Source: Schizochytrium sp. TIO01 | Lineage: Eukaryota; Protista; Bigyra: Labyrinthulomycetes | Length of the DNA: 64,000 nucleotides | Assembly (NCBI GenBank): GCA_004764695.1 | Contig: SMSO01000032.1 | Span: forward strand, 8,464,483 to 8,528,482 | Direction of reading: 5' to 3' | Part shown: positions 12,462-25,864 of the stretch, one piece after another | Layout of the letters: every line of letters starts with the position of its first letter | How positions within the stretch are numbered: position 1 is the first letter of the stretch | Notes under the pieces: model-generated | The model's database searches: none | What the model saw: the letters and a program-made list of their open reading frames with translations, nothing else | Told to the model about the DNA's origin: nothing | Made by a program: the position numbers and the translations under genes

Positions 12462-15400
12462 GGTGTGATGCGGGAAGAGCTACAGCTGACTTTGCGACTG
12501 AGCTAGCGAGCTAGTAGCACCTTGAACTTTTGTAAAGCACAGCCCATATAGCTAAAAGAATAGGCGATGTGCTGGAGGTAGCGGGAGAAGATGTGGCTGT
12601 GCTTTTCTTTCTTGGAGATGCTTTTTCCCTCTTGCCTTCATGCTGGTGACCGTCGTCGCAGGAATGCTTGTCGCCTTGAAGCCAGAATACGCTTCCTGGT
12701 CTGCGTAAGTTTGAGTGGCGCGGCTAATAGTGCAGAAGTTTGGGCGATGGATTGATTGGGATGAAACTTTTTGATGGAGATTTTACCGTGAAGCATGAGT
12801 TAGGATAAAATTATCAGGTGTTAGCATCCTTCAAGTTCCGTCGCTCCTAGTCTCTAGAGCTAGGTACCACCTACCTACCGAGGTGGAACAAGTTATCCTG
12901 CATTTGTTTGGAGATGGATGAGCTCTTCTTCGCAAAATCAAGCTGGGAGACGATGGAAGATCAAACCTAATTCGCCAACTAGGCATGCTTGTGCATCCAC
13001 GGTCGTGTCAAGCTCTTCAAACACTCGCCGCCTCGGATCGATTTGTAAACTGTGAACCTAAGAGGGATTTATGATAGATTGCAATGTGTGAATCCTCGCA
13101 TGGTAATTTTATGCGAATGATGAATGTGAGCCAAGAGGGAACTAGGTACCTAGGTACTACCTAATAGCAGGTCCAAGGTCATACACTGTCAGAGTGGAAT
13201 GACTCCGAATAACTGACGAAATGATGGCGCCTAACACAGTTTTCGCTTTGTCTCGATGATTGAAGTCTCCTGGCTATGTCCTGCGTAGAAGATATCTAGA
13301 TTGTACGTGAATATAGATTTCTAGCTAGGTCACTAGGTATTTTCAATAAAAAACAGAAACAAATCCCAAGCCTCTGCTCTGTTTTCTTATGTTTTCTGTC
13401 GTTTGATCATCATATTCTTCTTGACATGATCTCCAAAGCGTAGCTTCTTTTTCTGTGCAAGCTTATGCTGGTCCTTGGAGGGGGCTGATCGAAGACACCA
13501 GAGAAACCAACCTCTGCCAGCAATCGCGCTACTAGGTATACCAAGCTAGGGTAGTATGTTAATGGTAATGTTACCTGGCCAATAAGGTGTGTCGATGCTT
13601 CATCACGATGGAACTAGGAAGGAAGCTGTTGAACTTAGGTTGTACAACAGCAAGCACTGATGATAATTATCAGGTTCATCACTAATTAGATGCATCACAT
13701 GGTTTGAGATCCACACAATCCGCACAAAGATGCCGCACAACCAAATCATTTGATTAGAGGTGGAAGATGAACAGTCGGCCTGAAGATCTTGCGAAAGGAA
13801 TGGTGTTTCTTTGGATAGAAAAGAATGCAGAAGCAGAAGAAGAACGTTTGAATTCATTCTACTATGAACCGACTTTTGAAAACCAACAATAGTACTCTAG
13901 AGATTTACTCACCAAAAACACCTCTTGCAAATTTTTGTTCATCATTGTCCAAGTATCCGGCAGAGCAGATTCGTCTCTATTGGCAAATGCTGATGATCGT
14001 TTTAAAAAATATTTTTCTGTTGTGATCATAATTGTGATAACACAAATAGATCTATAAAGTGAATCGAGGTCGATCTCACCCATTGCAACCGCTATAAACA
14101 CTTGTTGGTACCAAAGTGCATGCAATTCACTACTTCTTGCCGTGGTCCTGTTGTTCCGGCCAGACCCAACAGCATCGTACCCCGCAAAAGACGCGAGATC
14201 TTGACAATCAACGTTCCTTTTATTTGGGAAAAAAAGGAAAAAAAAAGCACCGATACCCGCATTGTTGTTATAGTGTGAAGAAGGAGATCACCCGTATCCA
14301 TCCTTTAATTTGGGTAATAGGCATGGCATTCATGAAGAGAGCAACATTGTACTCCTCGACGATATGCCTGTGACTAGTGCTTAAGATTCTTCAATTACTG
14401 GCTTATAACCATGAAGAAGCATGCGTTCTTAGACTTGGACTTGGACTTTGACTTTCCACTTATTCTTTCTTTCTTTCTACTTCTTACAGAGCCGCATGTT
14501 CCCCGCACGTTCATCACTAGCAACGCAACGGGTGTAGGAGCCATCATGTTCGCCTTGCCCAGAGGCTACAAACATATTAAAGATAGATGCTGACGACAGG
14601 AGACCTATCTCGAGTCGGTGAACTTACTGAGTATAACGCCAAGTGCGAGCAGTTTCGGGAGCTGGCCCATGGCGACTTGCCTGGCAGTCGGTTGAGGTTC
14701 AATGCTTAGTCTACTTCTGGTGACTGTCAGAACAAGAAGAATATGTCACGACCGGCCACAAGACCATTCCCTTTTTGCTTCTGTGCATATTTGCAAGAAC
14801 AGCATTTCCTCAAACTTCGCAACTCATGGTCATTCCAAGATAAAGACTAAGGGAAATAATAGTAGGTATTGGAAAATACTCTTAGTACAAGATAGGGAAT
14901 GAAACACAGAGATGCGCCGCATAATCTCTAGCCAAAGAAACATTTGTTCACATGTAGCAGTGCCTGACCAAAGCTAATCTATCCGCTTCATAAAATGGGC
15001 CAGCCGATGGTCATTCTAGCTCAAATAAATATTGTTGGCCTCCATTACCACCATCTTTTCTACAAACAGCAGCGTAGACGGTACGGCGGCGGTTCGTTCT
15101 TCGAAGTACTACTTTGTAGATCCTAGCTAGTAAGTAATTCATGATGTATAGGTTTTACATAGAAAAGGGGAGACCTCGGTAGTATACACGTATACACTGT
15201 CATATGTAAATAGATAGCAAATCCAGGGCCACGGGGAATTATGGCCTATGTCCCATGACAACATAACAGAGTTCGGTATAATAGGTACAAGTAAGAGATC
15301 AATAGGGGATATAGTAGCCACTAGCAAGCAGCTCTTCAGGCGGGCACCGTTTGTTGCTTGCTATATTGCGCTTGTGTCATTTGCTAAACTAAACGAACTG

Positions 15401-15755
15401 ATGATGAGGAGTGCGCACATTTCCTCGCGCTTTCTTTGCTGTTGCGAACGCCATAATCAGCGGTCTTGCCACCGACCTCCCTCCACATCCTTGTTTATCT
15501 AATGCCGCAGCAATATAGGTTCTCTCTAACACTTAACCATGGCCACCAGTTCCTCTCATGAAGCGCTTTGATACCTGCGCAACGCTTTTTCAGCCTGGCT
15601 GCTTGCACAGAATCTCCTTAATTACTCTGTCTAAACCCCGTTAATCTCCTTATATTTTAAGGTGAGTCAAATCTGCACAACTCCTTTTCAGTCTACTTAA
15701 TCACCTCCTTCATTTCCCTTTACGCACTATCTATTAAGGTGGTTCTCCCTTCAAA

Positions 15756-15772
15756 CTAGGGTTTAACCCTAG
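15756..15772. promoter_or_regulatory. Inverted pair of telo-box-like motifs upstream of RPS3A
   Basis: CTAGGGTTTAACCCTAG lies about 330 bp upstream of the ATG. The AAACCCTA telo-box is a known element of ribosomal-protein promoters in plants. Confidence 0.45.
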
Positions 15773-16098
15773 GCGGAACGCAGCTGACCTTCGGCGCAGA
15801 TGCGCGCCTAAATGAGAGTGCGGATTTTGCCTTTTTGTATTTAATATGAGCTGCGGATGGCCTTGCAAGCAGGGCGTAAATGGGTGGAGGAAAGAAAGGA
15901 GTGGAGGGGCGCGGTCACTAGCTAGAGGTATCTGACTCTTATGAGCGCTGGGCGAGCGGCGGGGCATATAGGTGTGTTCTAAGGGTCTATTAGAGGTAAC
16001 GCGGGGAATGGTGCAGGGGCGGCGAGGAAGAGCAGACGGGCATCCTTCAATTCAATTCGGGTTGGTTGACGTGCAGGACTTGCGCGAAGTAGGCAACC

Positions 16099-17530
16099 AT
16101 GGCGGTGGGCAAGAACCGCAAGCTCGGCAAGAAGGGCAAGAAGAAGAAGGTCGTCGACCCCTTCACCCGCAAGGACTGGTACGTCGTCTCGGAGGTCTCC
16201 GCTGCAGAAGCAGCATGCACTCATGCAGGCATGGGCGCATGAGTGGCTGGTTGGCTGCCTTACTACTTACTACATACGGGCGGGCTGCGAGGCTTGAAGC
16301 AAGCAACTCTTTCACTTCAACTACAACTGCGAGGGAAACGTGGAGAAGGACAAGTGCAGGGGCGCGCCACGACGAGTTCGAAGTTGCATTCCGCGACGTC
16401 GAGACCGTCTCGGTTTTAAACACATATAGGTTATATGTATACGAATCGGTGGTCGCCCGTGAATTTAGTCCAGAGTCGCGCGATTAACTTCGCTTGCGAT
16501 TGCGTTGACCTGACTTGGGTATAAGGATGAGATGGACGCGAAACATTCGTGCAGTTTACACAATTGTTGAGTCAAGTTCATTCCATGCGTCTGAGTCTTA
16601 GTCGAAAGTTGATGCACATTGCTATGTGTATTAATATGAGATAGTAGTTGTGGTCTTAGTTGGTATAGAGGAGGAGCTCAAGTACTTCAGATGGCATAGG
16701 TAGTAGGAAAGCCTGCGTACTTGCACGCGCAAGGGGGAAACAAAAGAATGTGTAGGAATGAGAGGGAATATACTGACGAAGTTGGATGAATGGATGATCA
16801 ATGTTTTCTGTGAATTATATTGTACAGGTACACTGTCAAGGCCCCGAGTGTCTTCACTGTCCGTGACGCCGGCAAGTCGCCATGCACCCGCACCACCGGT
16901 ACCAAGATCGCCTCTGAGCAGATCAAGGGCCGCATCTTCGAGGTGTCTCTTGCTGACCTTCAGAACAACCCCGACATGGGTCACATTAAGATCAAGCTTG
17001 CCGCCGAGGATGTCCAGGGTGACAACGTTCTCACCACCTTCCACGGCTTGAGCTTGACCCGCGACAAGCTCTGCTCCCTCATCAAGAAGCGCGTTACCCT
17101 CATCGAGGGCCGTGTTGACGTCCGCACCAGCGACGGCTACACTGTTCGTCTCTTCGCCATCACCTTCACCCGCAAGCAGCGCAACAGCATGGCCAAGACT
17201 TGCTACTGCCAGACCGGCCAGGCTCGTCAGATCCGCGCTAAGATGATTCAGGTTATTCAGGACGAGGCTTCCAAGTGCGATCTTAAGGAGCTTGTGGCTA
17301 AGCTTCTTCCCGAGACCATCGGCAAGGAGATCGAGAAGGCTGTTGAGGGCATCTTCCCTTGCAGGGATGCCGCCATCCGTAAGGTCAAGATCCTCAAGAA
17401 GCCCCGCTTCGATCTTTCCCGCCTCATGGAGCAGCACCAGGAGACCGGCAACGACGTTGGCGCTGCCGTCGACCGCGAGAACCCCGCTGTCCCTGAGGAG
17501 CTCCTCGAGGGCTCTGGTGGCCGCCTGTGA
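16099..17530 (+). CDS. RPS3A: 40S ribosomal protein S3a (eS1), 260 aa; join(16099..16178,16828..17530)
   Basis: Exon 1 reads [27 protein letters not shown]. The intron runs GTACGT...TGTACAG (phase 2). Exon 2 reads YTVKAPSVF...[12 protein letters not shown]...[12 protein letters not shown]...[10 protein letters not shown]. Confidence 0.97.
16512..16603 (+). ncRNA. Candidate intronic box C/D snoRNA
   Basis: C-like box AGGATGA (16524-16530), D box CTGA (16591-16594) and an imperfect terminal stem GACTTGGGT/GTCTTAGTC. An internal ACATTCG-tg-CAGTTT resembles the U14 domain A 18S-antisense element. Located in a ribosomal-protein intron. Confidence 0.45.
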
Positions 17531-18560
17531 GAAGCTTTGTGCTAGCGTCTTTTTCCTATTTCGAACCCTATGGCAACAACACAATCTTCTCCAACAACTG
17601 CCCCCTTGGTTTTTCTTGAATTGGAAGACAAAAGCTTAATTTTACAGATTCGTTGTGCATTCCCGATTGCCTGTCAGGAGGATGCAACCATGTTTCCCCT
17701 CCTGAGAGACAATCTTTTGTTAGAGCCATCCTTGAGAAGCTAGCACGAACTACGAAAGTTTAATTTGATGACTTTACCTATCTTTCATGTAGGTTGCTTT
17801 CGTCTGTTCTCTTCTTTCCCGAGTCTTTTAAAAAAGCCAAATCACTGAAACACCTATTATTTCTTACCATTTCTTGAAATCGTTCCGCTTGCATCCGCGC
17901 ATAAGTTTCTAGCCTCCTTGCTGTGTACTTGTTGCACTTGTATCATCTTCAATTTGTTGATGTTGTAAGCTATTAGTTCCTGAGGTATTAATCGGCACAT
18001 GCGCTGTTTTTGTGAGGGTTTTTTCTGTTATGGATTAGTTAAGTTTTGCTGATAATTTGCTTTGATTTTCCTTTCTCTTACATTTTCTTTTGTTGCAATG
18101 GCCATTGTTTGAAAACATTGGTGTCCCATCAGTTGCTTGAATATCGAATGCGATCTGATCTATGAAGACAAGGCTGTGGCCATCGAAAAAGAGGGTGAAG
18201 TCTGTATCTAATGCCCAGGACTTGTCGCTTGTTAGTACAATCATGCTTGGCCAAGCCAAAAGCAACAATTGGTGCAGACAATGTACTAGAATGGGTAAAG
18301 CTTTTTATGTTCTTATCTAGCTAGACTTTGATCTTTTCTTCGCCTTCACAAATAAGGACTTTAAATGGAAATTCTGTGTATCTTACAAAACAAGACAATG
18401 TTTAAAAATCGTTTACAAAATGGGAATCAATAAGGTGTAGGGTGATGAGTAGTATTCTAAAGTACTAGTTGTAGGGTACTATTGAAGCGACCTTTATACA
18501 AAATGTGGTCAGGGCGCTACACATATAAACACATTGCAGTATTATGTTCATTCAAGAGCT

Positions 18561-20558
18561 TCAGGCCAAAAACGGATGATGATCATCAAGCTCTGCAGCA
18601 CTTGGGCGATCAGATGGGTTGATTGCAAACAAGGGTCGCAAAAATTCGCATACACTCGGTGGCACGTGGTCTGGAATGGGAGGGCCCTCTTTGGTTTGTC
18701 CAATCTTAAAAATAGCCGGAAGTTGTTCACGAACATTCGGCCAAGGGCGTTGACCAGAGGCCATCTCCAACACTGTTGCGCCAAGCGACCAAATGTCAGC
18801 CGGAAAATGGTACTGAGTTTCTTGGACAACCTCTGGGGCCATCCAGGGTACAGACCCGCGAATCCTTTGCAAAGTTTCCTCACGGTCAGTCTCATTCATG
18901 TCAAGCAAGAGTTTACTGCAGCCAAAGTCTGCGAGCTTGCAAACACCCGCAGTAGTGACAAGGACGTTGGCGCCCTTGATATCACGATGAATAATGTTAC
19001 GGCTATGCAGGTAGCGGATCCCGCGTACCATGTGGGCGGTGTAGGAGCGCACAAGTGTCTCCGGGAGAGCGCCAAATGCCCTTACTTGGGAAGCAATGCT
19101 ACCTCCAGCAACAAATTCCAAGTAAATGTCCAGTTGACAGGTTTCATGGTCATACGACGACCCGTAATATTGCACAATGTTTGGGTGACTGAGTGACTCC
19201 ATTACATGAACCTCATCCATGAACGCCAGCTTCTTGTTGTCATTGCCGTCTCCTTGGAGTCGCTTTACAGCATATTGAACACCAGTCTGGGTATCAATGG
19301 CCCCATACACAGCCCCAAAGGATCCGCGGCCGAGTTCGAAACCAACCTTAATATTGCTTGCACGAAACGAAGCTTTTGTTTGGCGTTGCTGCTGTTGCTG
19401 GAGCTGCAAGTTTGCTTCTGAACAAGGGTCCGCTAAGGTTAGCTTGCGTCGGTACGATGAGCTGCTTCGTAGTGTTTCCGAGGATTCGCGTCCACCAGCA
19501 CTAGGGGATGGCTGCTCAGGGCGAGCAATCTCATTTGACGATGAGTAGCCTCGACGACGGCGAAGACGAAACCCCTCGATCTTTGTTGGGTGAGCTGGAG
19601 ACCCGACTAATGCAAATGGTCTTGTTGAGGAGTTGTTGGCAGGGTTAAGTGGAGCATCATGTGTAAGACCGGGGGAGCGCTGCTGCTGTGAGATTCGTAA
19701 GCTCCGCTCCGAGGGGCTTGCGTAGCGCCAGCATTGAGGAGTAGCAGGCGACACCGGGCTTTGTTGCGAAATGCGTGTGGATCCTGGTGTTAATACAGAA
19801 ACAGCTGAAGACATCGGGCGCTCACGTTGAATGTCTTGGTCACTAAAGCTAAAGCAAGGTCTCAGTGTAGGTCTTGAAATGGGTTCGTTCGATGGAGTCA
19901 GCCTGTTGTGGTTGCCAAGGCTAGTGTGGCTTCGACTGTGGCTGAGGCTGTGAAGAGATTCAATTTCTAGGCCATCCGCAAATCCGACATTAGGGGAAAT
20001 TAAGGAGTCCTGGCCGCAATGCTTAGGAACACTGTGCGAACGCACAAGATGCGGCTGCCCGCCGGGGCGGGATACTGGGGTATCAAGGGTCTTGATTGGC
20101 GTGCTTCCGTGATGGTCCATGCTGTCCAGTGGAGAAATTACTGTTGAGTGTGAAGATGTGTAATGCGAAAAACGACCCGAGTCAAGACCCTCGGGCAGGC
20201 ACGGTGACGGCAATTCAAGATCATGTAAGTCATGTTCGTCATCTGTTGTGAAAGATTCAGTTTCTGAACGGCTACATGTTGATGGCTTGCGATGTCTCTC
20301 AATTTCAAAACCAATGTATGCATCCTTGTGGTGCTGCAGACGCCCATTCTTGTTTACAAACATAGTCTTGTTGTTGTTGTGGTGGTGGTGGTTGTGGGCA
20401 CTGGAGTGATTGTGTCCTCCATCGGGGAAGATGAGTGAGTTATTGTGTTTGCGAAAGGATCTCTTTCGCATCATTGAGTTTTGCTGTTCTTTACTCAGAT
20501 AGTCATAGCTTTCAATATTCTGCGTCTGCAGAGTAAGTTCTGGGTAAGCGTGAGGCAT
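18561..20558 (-). CDS. MAP kinase kinase kinase (STE11/NPK1-like), 665 aa, single exon
   Basis: C-terminal kinase with LGRGSFGAVY, AVKRL, LEFVAGGSIAS, HRDIKGANVLV, KLADFGCSK, GSVPWMAPEV and DIWSLGATVLEM. Long low-complexity N-terminus. Confidence 0.92.
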   Translation of the reverse strand: MPHAYPELTLQTQNIESYDYLSKEQQNSMMRKRSFRKHNNSLIFPDGGHNHSSAHNHHHHNNNKTMFVNKNGRLQHHKDAYIGFEIERHRKPSTCSRSETESFTTDDEHDLHDLELPSPCLPEGLDSGRFSHYTSSHSTVISPLDSMDHHGSTPIKTLDTPVSRPGGQPHLVRSHSVPKHCGQDSLISPNVGFADGLEIESLHSLSHSRSHTSLGNHNRLTPSNEPISRPTLRPCFSFSDQDIQRERPMSSAVSVLTPGSTRISQQSPVSPATPQCWRYASPSERSLRISQQQRSPGLTHDAPLNPANNSSTRPFALVGSPAHPTKIEGFRLRRRRGYSSSNEIARPEQPSPSAGGRESSETLRSSSSYRRKLTLADPCSEANLQLQQQQQRQTKASFRASNIKVGFELGRGSFGAVYGAIDTQTGVQYAVKRLQGDGNDNKKLAFMDEVHVMESLSHPNIVQYYGSSYDHETCQLDIYLEFVAGGSIASQVRAFGALPETLVRSYTAHMVRGIRYLHSRNIIHRDIKGANVLVTTAGVCKLADFGCSKLLLDMNETDREETLQRIRGSVPWMAPEVVQETQYHFPADIWSLGATVLEMASGQRPWPNVREQLPAIFKIGQTKEGPPIPDHVPPSVCEFLRPLFAINPSDRPSAAELDDHHPFLA

Positions 20559-23500
20559 TTTCTTCCTTTGGTCAGTTTAAACAGCTAAGGCAGAAAGTCT
20601 CAGCAGGAGCCACCTGAGTGTATGTCCCTATCTGACTGACTGCTTTGTCGCAGACTGGATTTCTCTAGCGAGGATGCCAAGCGCAGGCTGCCTGTACTCG
20701 GGGAGAAAGCGTGCTTTATCCCTCTGTGTCGAGGTTGCGATCGCGGCTTGGTTCGACAAAAGGCAAGCTAGCCTCCTTTGGCAGCTGACCTTGCGCCTCT
20801 TTGTTGTTTTTTACACAACTTGTAAGGGCCTGACTGATCCTGTCGCGCGACAATCGACCCACAGCGATTTCTTTCGTTCAAATTTGGTCGCCCCGTTTGT
20901 GGCGTCTGGGACTTCAATAAGCGCCCGGCTCCTCCAAATCTAATTGACTCTAGCGTGTACACTCTCTCTATTGAAAGCCCTTCAAGTTCTTCTCGCCCCA
21001 CGGAGAAGAAGAAGTAGAAGAAGAGTCCAAAGCGGATTTGCTCGCTCGTCTGAAGGATTACGTACAGCAATCTTCGTATCTTAAAAGGCTATAATGCAGA
21101 ACACACAATGTGCTATATGGTGTTTGGTCAAGACTCTTTTGTGTAGGAGCTTCTATCTACGTCTGTAGTCGGCAAAAGTGTTTTGGAGGCGATTTAGCGT
21201 CTGCCGAGCAGACTTGGGGCCTGTGGAGCGGATACAGTGTCTGGGATCGGGGAGCCCGTTATCTGATGTTGCAATGAACGAACTACCCAGCTTAATGACT
21301 GATTGGAAAGAGGCGCCAACCAAGGTTTCGGGCTGTCTGTGCAAGGGACGCGAGCTAGGGGGGAACGGTTGGCTGGCAGCTGACACGGGAGGGCTGCAGG
21401 GTCGCGCTGCTGAGATCTTGGTTTGATTGCAACGCAGCAGAAGACCCTCGAGCCGCTTGGATCCCACGATTGTCTGCCTGCAGAGATGGAGTTTTCACTG
21501 CTTCGAGTTCTTACCTATTATTGGCTCGCAGTTTTTTTCTCTCTCTTTTTCCCCTCTGAGTGATACCTACGCCACGCAGTAGTACTTTCTAGTAAACAAG
21601 TGTTCGGATTTCTTTTCTCTTTTCCTTTAAAAAGGCGCCTTTTGGAATATGGAGCATCATAAGTTTCATGACAGCACAAAAAACCAAAAAATTAATGATG
21701 GAGCCCCAAACCAAAATGGCCGCCAAACTTGAACTACTTAAGCCCACAGAACCACGCGCGGCTCGGACTGCCCGGAAGAGACCCGATCCGCCGTCGTCGT
21801 ATGCAGTGCTCGCTCTCTGCTCGCTCAACCAGCACAGCAGAAAGAAACCACCTTGCCTGGCTTGCTGCCGATTACTTGCTTGTCGTGATGAAGCAAGTGT
21901 TCCTTTTATACATGGTCTATCGCATGCATCGCTAAGAGCTGCATAGTTCCTCCTACTTTCGAAGGTCTTCACAGACAGAGACAAAGAAGTCGAGCTTTGG
22001 AGTTCTTATAATTCGTTCATTGCCGTCACCTCAGTTTGTGTTTATTGGTTTGTTTCCTCAGCGATCTGTAACAAAAGAGCGCCGAAGAGAGAATATAACC
22101 GTGTGGACTACTTCCCCAGAGACGACACCGCCGACAACCTCGGGCTGGCCGCCATCTTGCGAGGCACGCGCAGTCAGCATGCGTGTGCCTTTGGATTGCC
22201 ATCTGCCATAGCCTTCGGGGTCGCGGTTTTACAGCCCTGGGAGTGAAAACCCCAACAAGAATGAAGGTTCTCATTCTTGTGAAGGTCGAAGAACTAGCAG
22301 CTGAAGATGTTGGTATTGGCGCGCCTCGTTCGGGGTTCTCAAGGCTATTTGGTCTGGTTTACGCTTAGTGCATGAAGATGGTTGAGACGTAGGCTGGGGA
22401 AAAACCTCAGGTGATTGATTGCTTTTGTAGTTTAGAAGAAAAAGTAGTTTCTATCTGTGGCTGGCAGGTGTGCTTTCAGGTGGCGTCGAAGGATGAGACC
22501 TTTATGAAGCATGCAAATAGCCCAGTGCTGATCAGCCTGGCCGACCAGAAGAACTCCGCGTATTCCTGTCATGGTTGTAAATTGCCTTGTTCTTAAGATT
22601 TACTTGTCTCGATGGTGTTAATGTGTCATCTTCGCAGCGGCTTATTGATGATTCAATAACATTCGGCTCCTACCATGCTGAGCATGCCATGAAGCAATGT
22701 TTGCTTTTTTCTCAGGAAATCTTTAGAGCACCACTGCTTATCCAGACTCTAGAGAACTACTCACCCTTTCCCACCCGGGCTTTCGACTAGTTGATCTCTT
22801 GATCTTGTGGCATGACGGCATCATGCACCATACGAATGGTGGTAAATCGAGCGCACACGTGCAAATTACCTCTTCTAAACAAAGAAAACTATACTAGGTA
22901 GTAGGTACGAGTTAGACACAGTAGAGTAACGATTGAGCCTTGGGCTCGCCTTTGAGGTGCTACAGAGACCAGTGCTATGGTAAGCAATAGTGAGTTGGCT
23001 CAAAGGCAAGGTGATGTAGATGCTTCGTCAACCAGCACGTAGTAACCGTCGCGTAGCAGCGTTCTACATTCACCAGCCCAGGGGAGCGAGGGCGTGGTAT
23101 GTCGCACTTTTAATACAGGGTAGGTAACCTACCTTAAGGTGTTATTTTTATAGTCTACTAACACGGCGAAGCCTTCATTGAAGTATCAGTGGGGATGGCA
23201 AGTGCAACTTAAAATCCTCTATAAACTCTCCATAAAGCATTATGTTCAGGAGATGTGGTTACACTCTCCACATTCTCATTTTGCATTGTCTAGAGAAGAG
23301 TTTCACTCCCTCGGTAGCAGCTAGAGAGCCACCATTTCGGGGTCCTCAAGAGCTAAAACGCCAACCTTTTCTTTTCGCATATGGATCAAAACTGAGCAAG
23401 GCCTCCTTAACAGCGGATAATCCATATCCTTGTATGAAACTCCAAGTTTATGTGTTGTCGTTTCTTCTACCCAAATCACGAAAGTGAGAGCTCACCCCGT

Positions 23501-25864
23501 CCTGCTAATCGTAGAAAGTACTATCTGATAACTAACTTCTGCGGGGACCCGGTAACACGATGCCTTCTAGTTCCAACTAGCTGTGTGCAGCTTCCCTGTT
23601 TCGTAGCTAAGCTGTCGCTAACAATAATACTATTAAGTAGTGCCATGAAAAGAGTGGATGGCTGCACCATTGAACTAGGTTCACTATGTAGTGGCGTTGA
23701 TCGTCTCCATTATCATGGCATAGGTAGTCATATTTGGTGATTTATAGCACAAACCATCCACTGACTTAAAATATCCCGGAGGAGGAATGGGAGCGACTTA
23801 CCCTAGCCCAGCTGCTTGAAAGAAAACCAACTTGATAATAAAATTTGAGCTCTTTACCTTCCCCAGTTGCTAGTAACTGTATTTTCCACAACAATGCGTA
23901 TGTGCTACATCAGCCATCAAAGCAAGTGCGAGAAATTTCGTGATATGGATAGTACGAGAATGAAACCCTTGCGCATTTTTAAAGCGAACGCTTTTCTATT
24001 GCAATAAATTTATGTTTTATGTTTTTTGTTTGTTAACGACTTTAACGTGACGAAATGCAGTTTCGAATGCAGTGTCTAGCGCAACAATAAAATAATAAAG
24101 CAAAACACGCTCTGAGAAACAAAACATCACGAACGTGCGTTCGTGTTGACGAACCCTCACATTAAACTAAGCCAAACCTCGGAAATCCTCAACACCCAGG
24201 TTTGTTGCACATGAACGAACCGTTCCGAATTGGCTTGATGGCACCCAGCTAACCATAAAAACTATTGATTTGTTCTCCTTCGTAGATCAACTCGAGACCT
24301 AAAGGAGTTCATACACCGTTTCTCACTTCAATACTTACGGATGGGATGGGAAACGGCACTCCCACCGCAGCCTGTGCACTGGTAAGAAACTTTGTGGGCC
24401 CTTTGAAAAGGTACAAGCACAATCAAGCCCAGTAGACTCCACATCTTAATGTATCCGCCAGCGCCAACGACATAAGATCTAGCAGGTATTTAAAGCAAAA
24501 TTTTAGATCCGTTCTTTTCCAGCTTCGTTGAAGTTGGAATAATGTACCATTACTAGCACATAATAACCTGTTGGGTTTGGGTCTGCATAAACCCGAAAGT
24601 AATAGCACAAGCGACAATATTTTTTAATTAAAAAAAAATTAATTAAATTGGCAAGATAAATATACGGTAAGGTCTTTATCTGAAGTTGAAAACAAAAGCT
24701 CACCTCTACAAAATCACAACAAAGGAAACAACTTTTCTTCAGGAATTTGATCATGGCAAATGATTTCCGTCTTTGGTTTTGAAGCTCAATTTTCATGAAC
24801 TCATCTATTTGCAAAGATGCAGCATCCTTCCAGCTACCATGACCGCCTCGGCACAGAATATGCTGTTTCCCGATTCAGAAAGGTTGTAGACAGGCTGTTT
24901 CTGAAAATATGAATGACTTACAAAGCCTCTGTCTCACAGTTTCCGTCCGGGGTGGGGAGAGGCAATTCATATTTGGTAGAGTGGGTGTTGTGTAACTTTC
25001 TTTTTCTCCCTTAAAGGTAAAAATGCAAGCAATTGGGATTCTGGGATTGCTTTTCTGACCTAATTTTTGTTTTCCTACTTTGCTTGCTTGCATGAGATCC
25101 TGAGCTAAATTTGAAGAAATACAAATAGTGGTTCTATTTGATCAGGTTAACGCTAAGAAACAAAGAGGAAATAGGCGCCTAGCAGGAAAGACAAACTATA
25201 ACTTCTTTAGTTTTCTCAACGATTTGACAGGTACCTATCCTAGCAAAGGATGTAGAGCACTAATTCAGTCAGTTTTTTAGTGTCACAACAACTTATTGAA
25301 TAACTGATTGATTAATCACCGTCAACAATAAGTGTAAAATACAGATGCTATAGGACAAAGCAAACTAAACGTGCCGAAATGATTGATTTTAGGAGGTGAC
25401 ATTTATAACTTTGTTGTCTGTCAACCTCTCAAAGAAGTAGATCAACATCTACTTTGCCTTTCACACTCAGGAGCAACAGACCACTAGGCCGCCAGGGGTC
25501 TAGCTAGAGTCAAGAATGTGAGAGGCCTTGTGATCGGCACCTGGTGCATTCCTTCTCGCTCATAGTATCATGTCATTCGTTAGGACGCTATTAGGGATTA
25601 TGAGAATCATGCACTGTAATAGCGTTCTAGCGTTTTACTATCAATACGTGGTTTGCTTTATTTGAATTATCACCCAAGTATAACGATAAATTCAGATTAG
25701 CGAATGATTAATATGAATGTCTTCAGCGATTCTGTACTAAAGTCCTCAAGTAAGGCAAGAAAGAATACTTTGATCAAATTACAAGACTACGTCGAGTCTA
25801 GGTCGAGAATGATAGTTCAACAAGAAGAGCTCGAAATTTTATGGAGAAGCACCACAAAATAAAG

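Noticed and set aside
16631-17584. 317-aa antisense ORF over RPS3A, and the antisense or alternative-frame ORFs over the HSD gene
   Set aside because: These are shadow ORFs produced by strong codon bias on the real coding strand.
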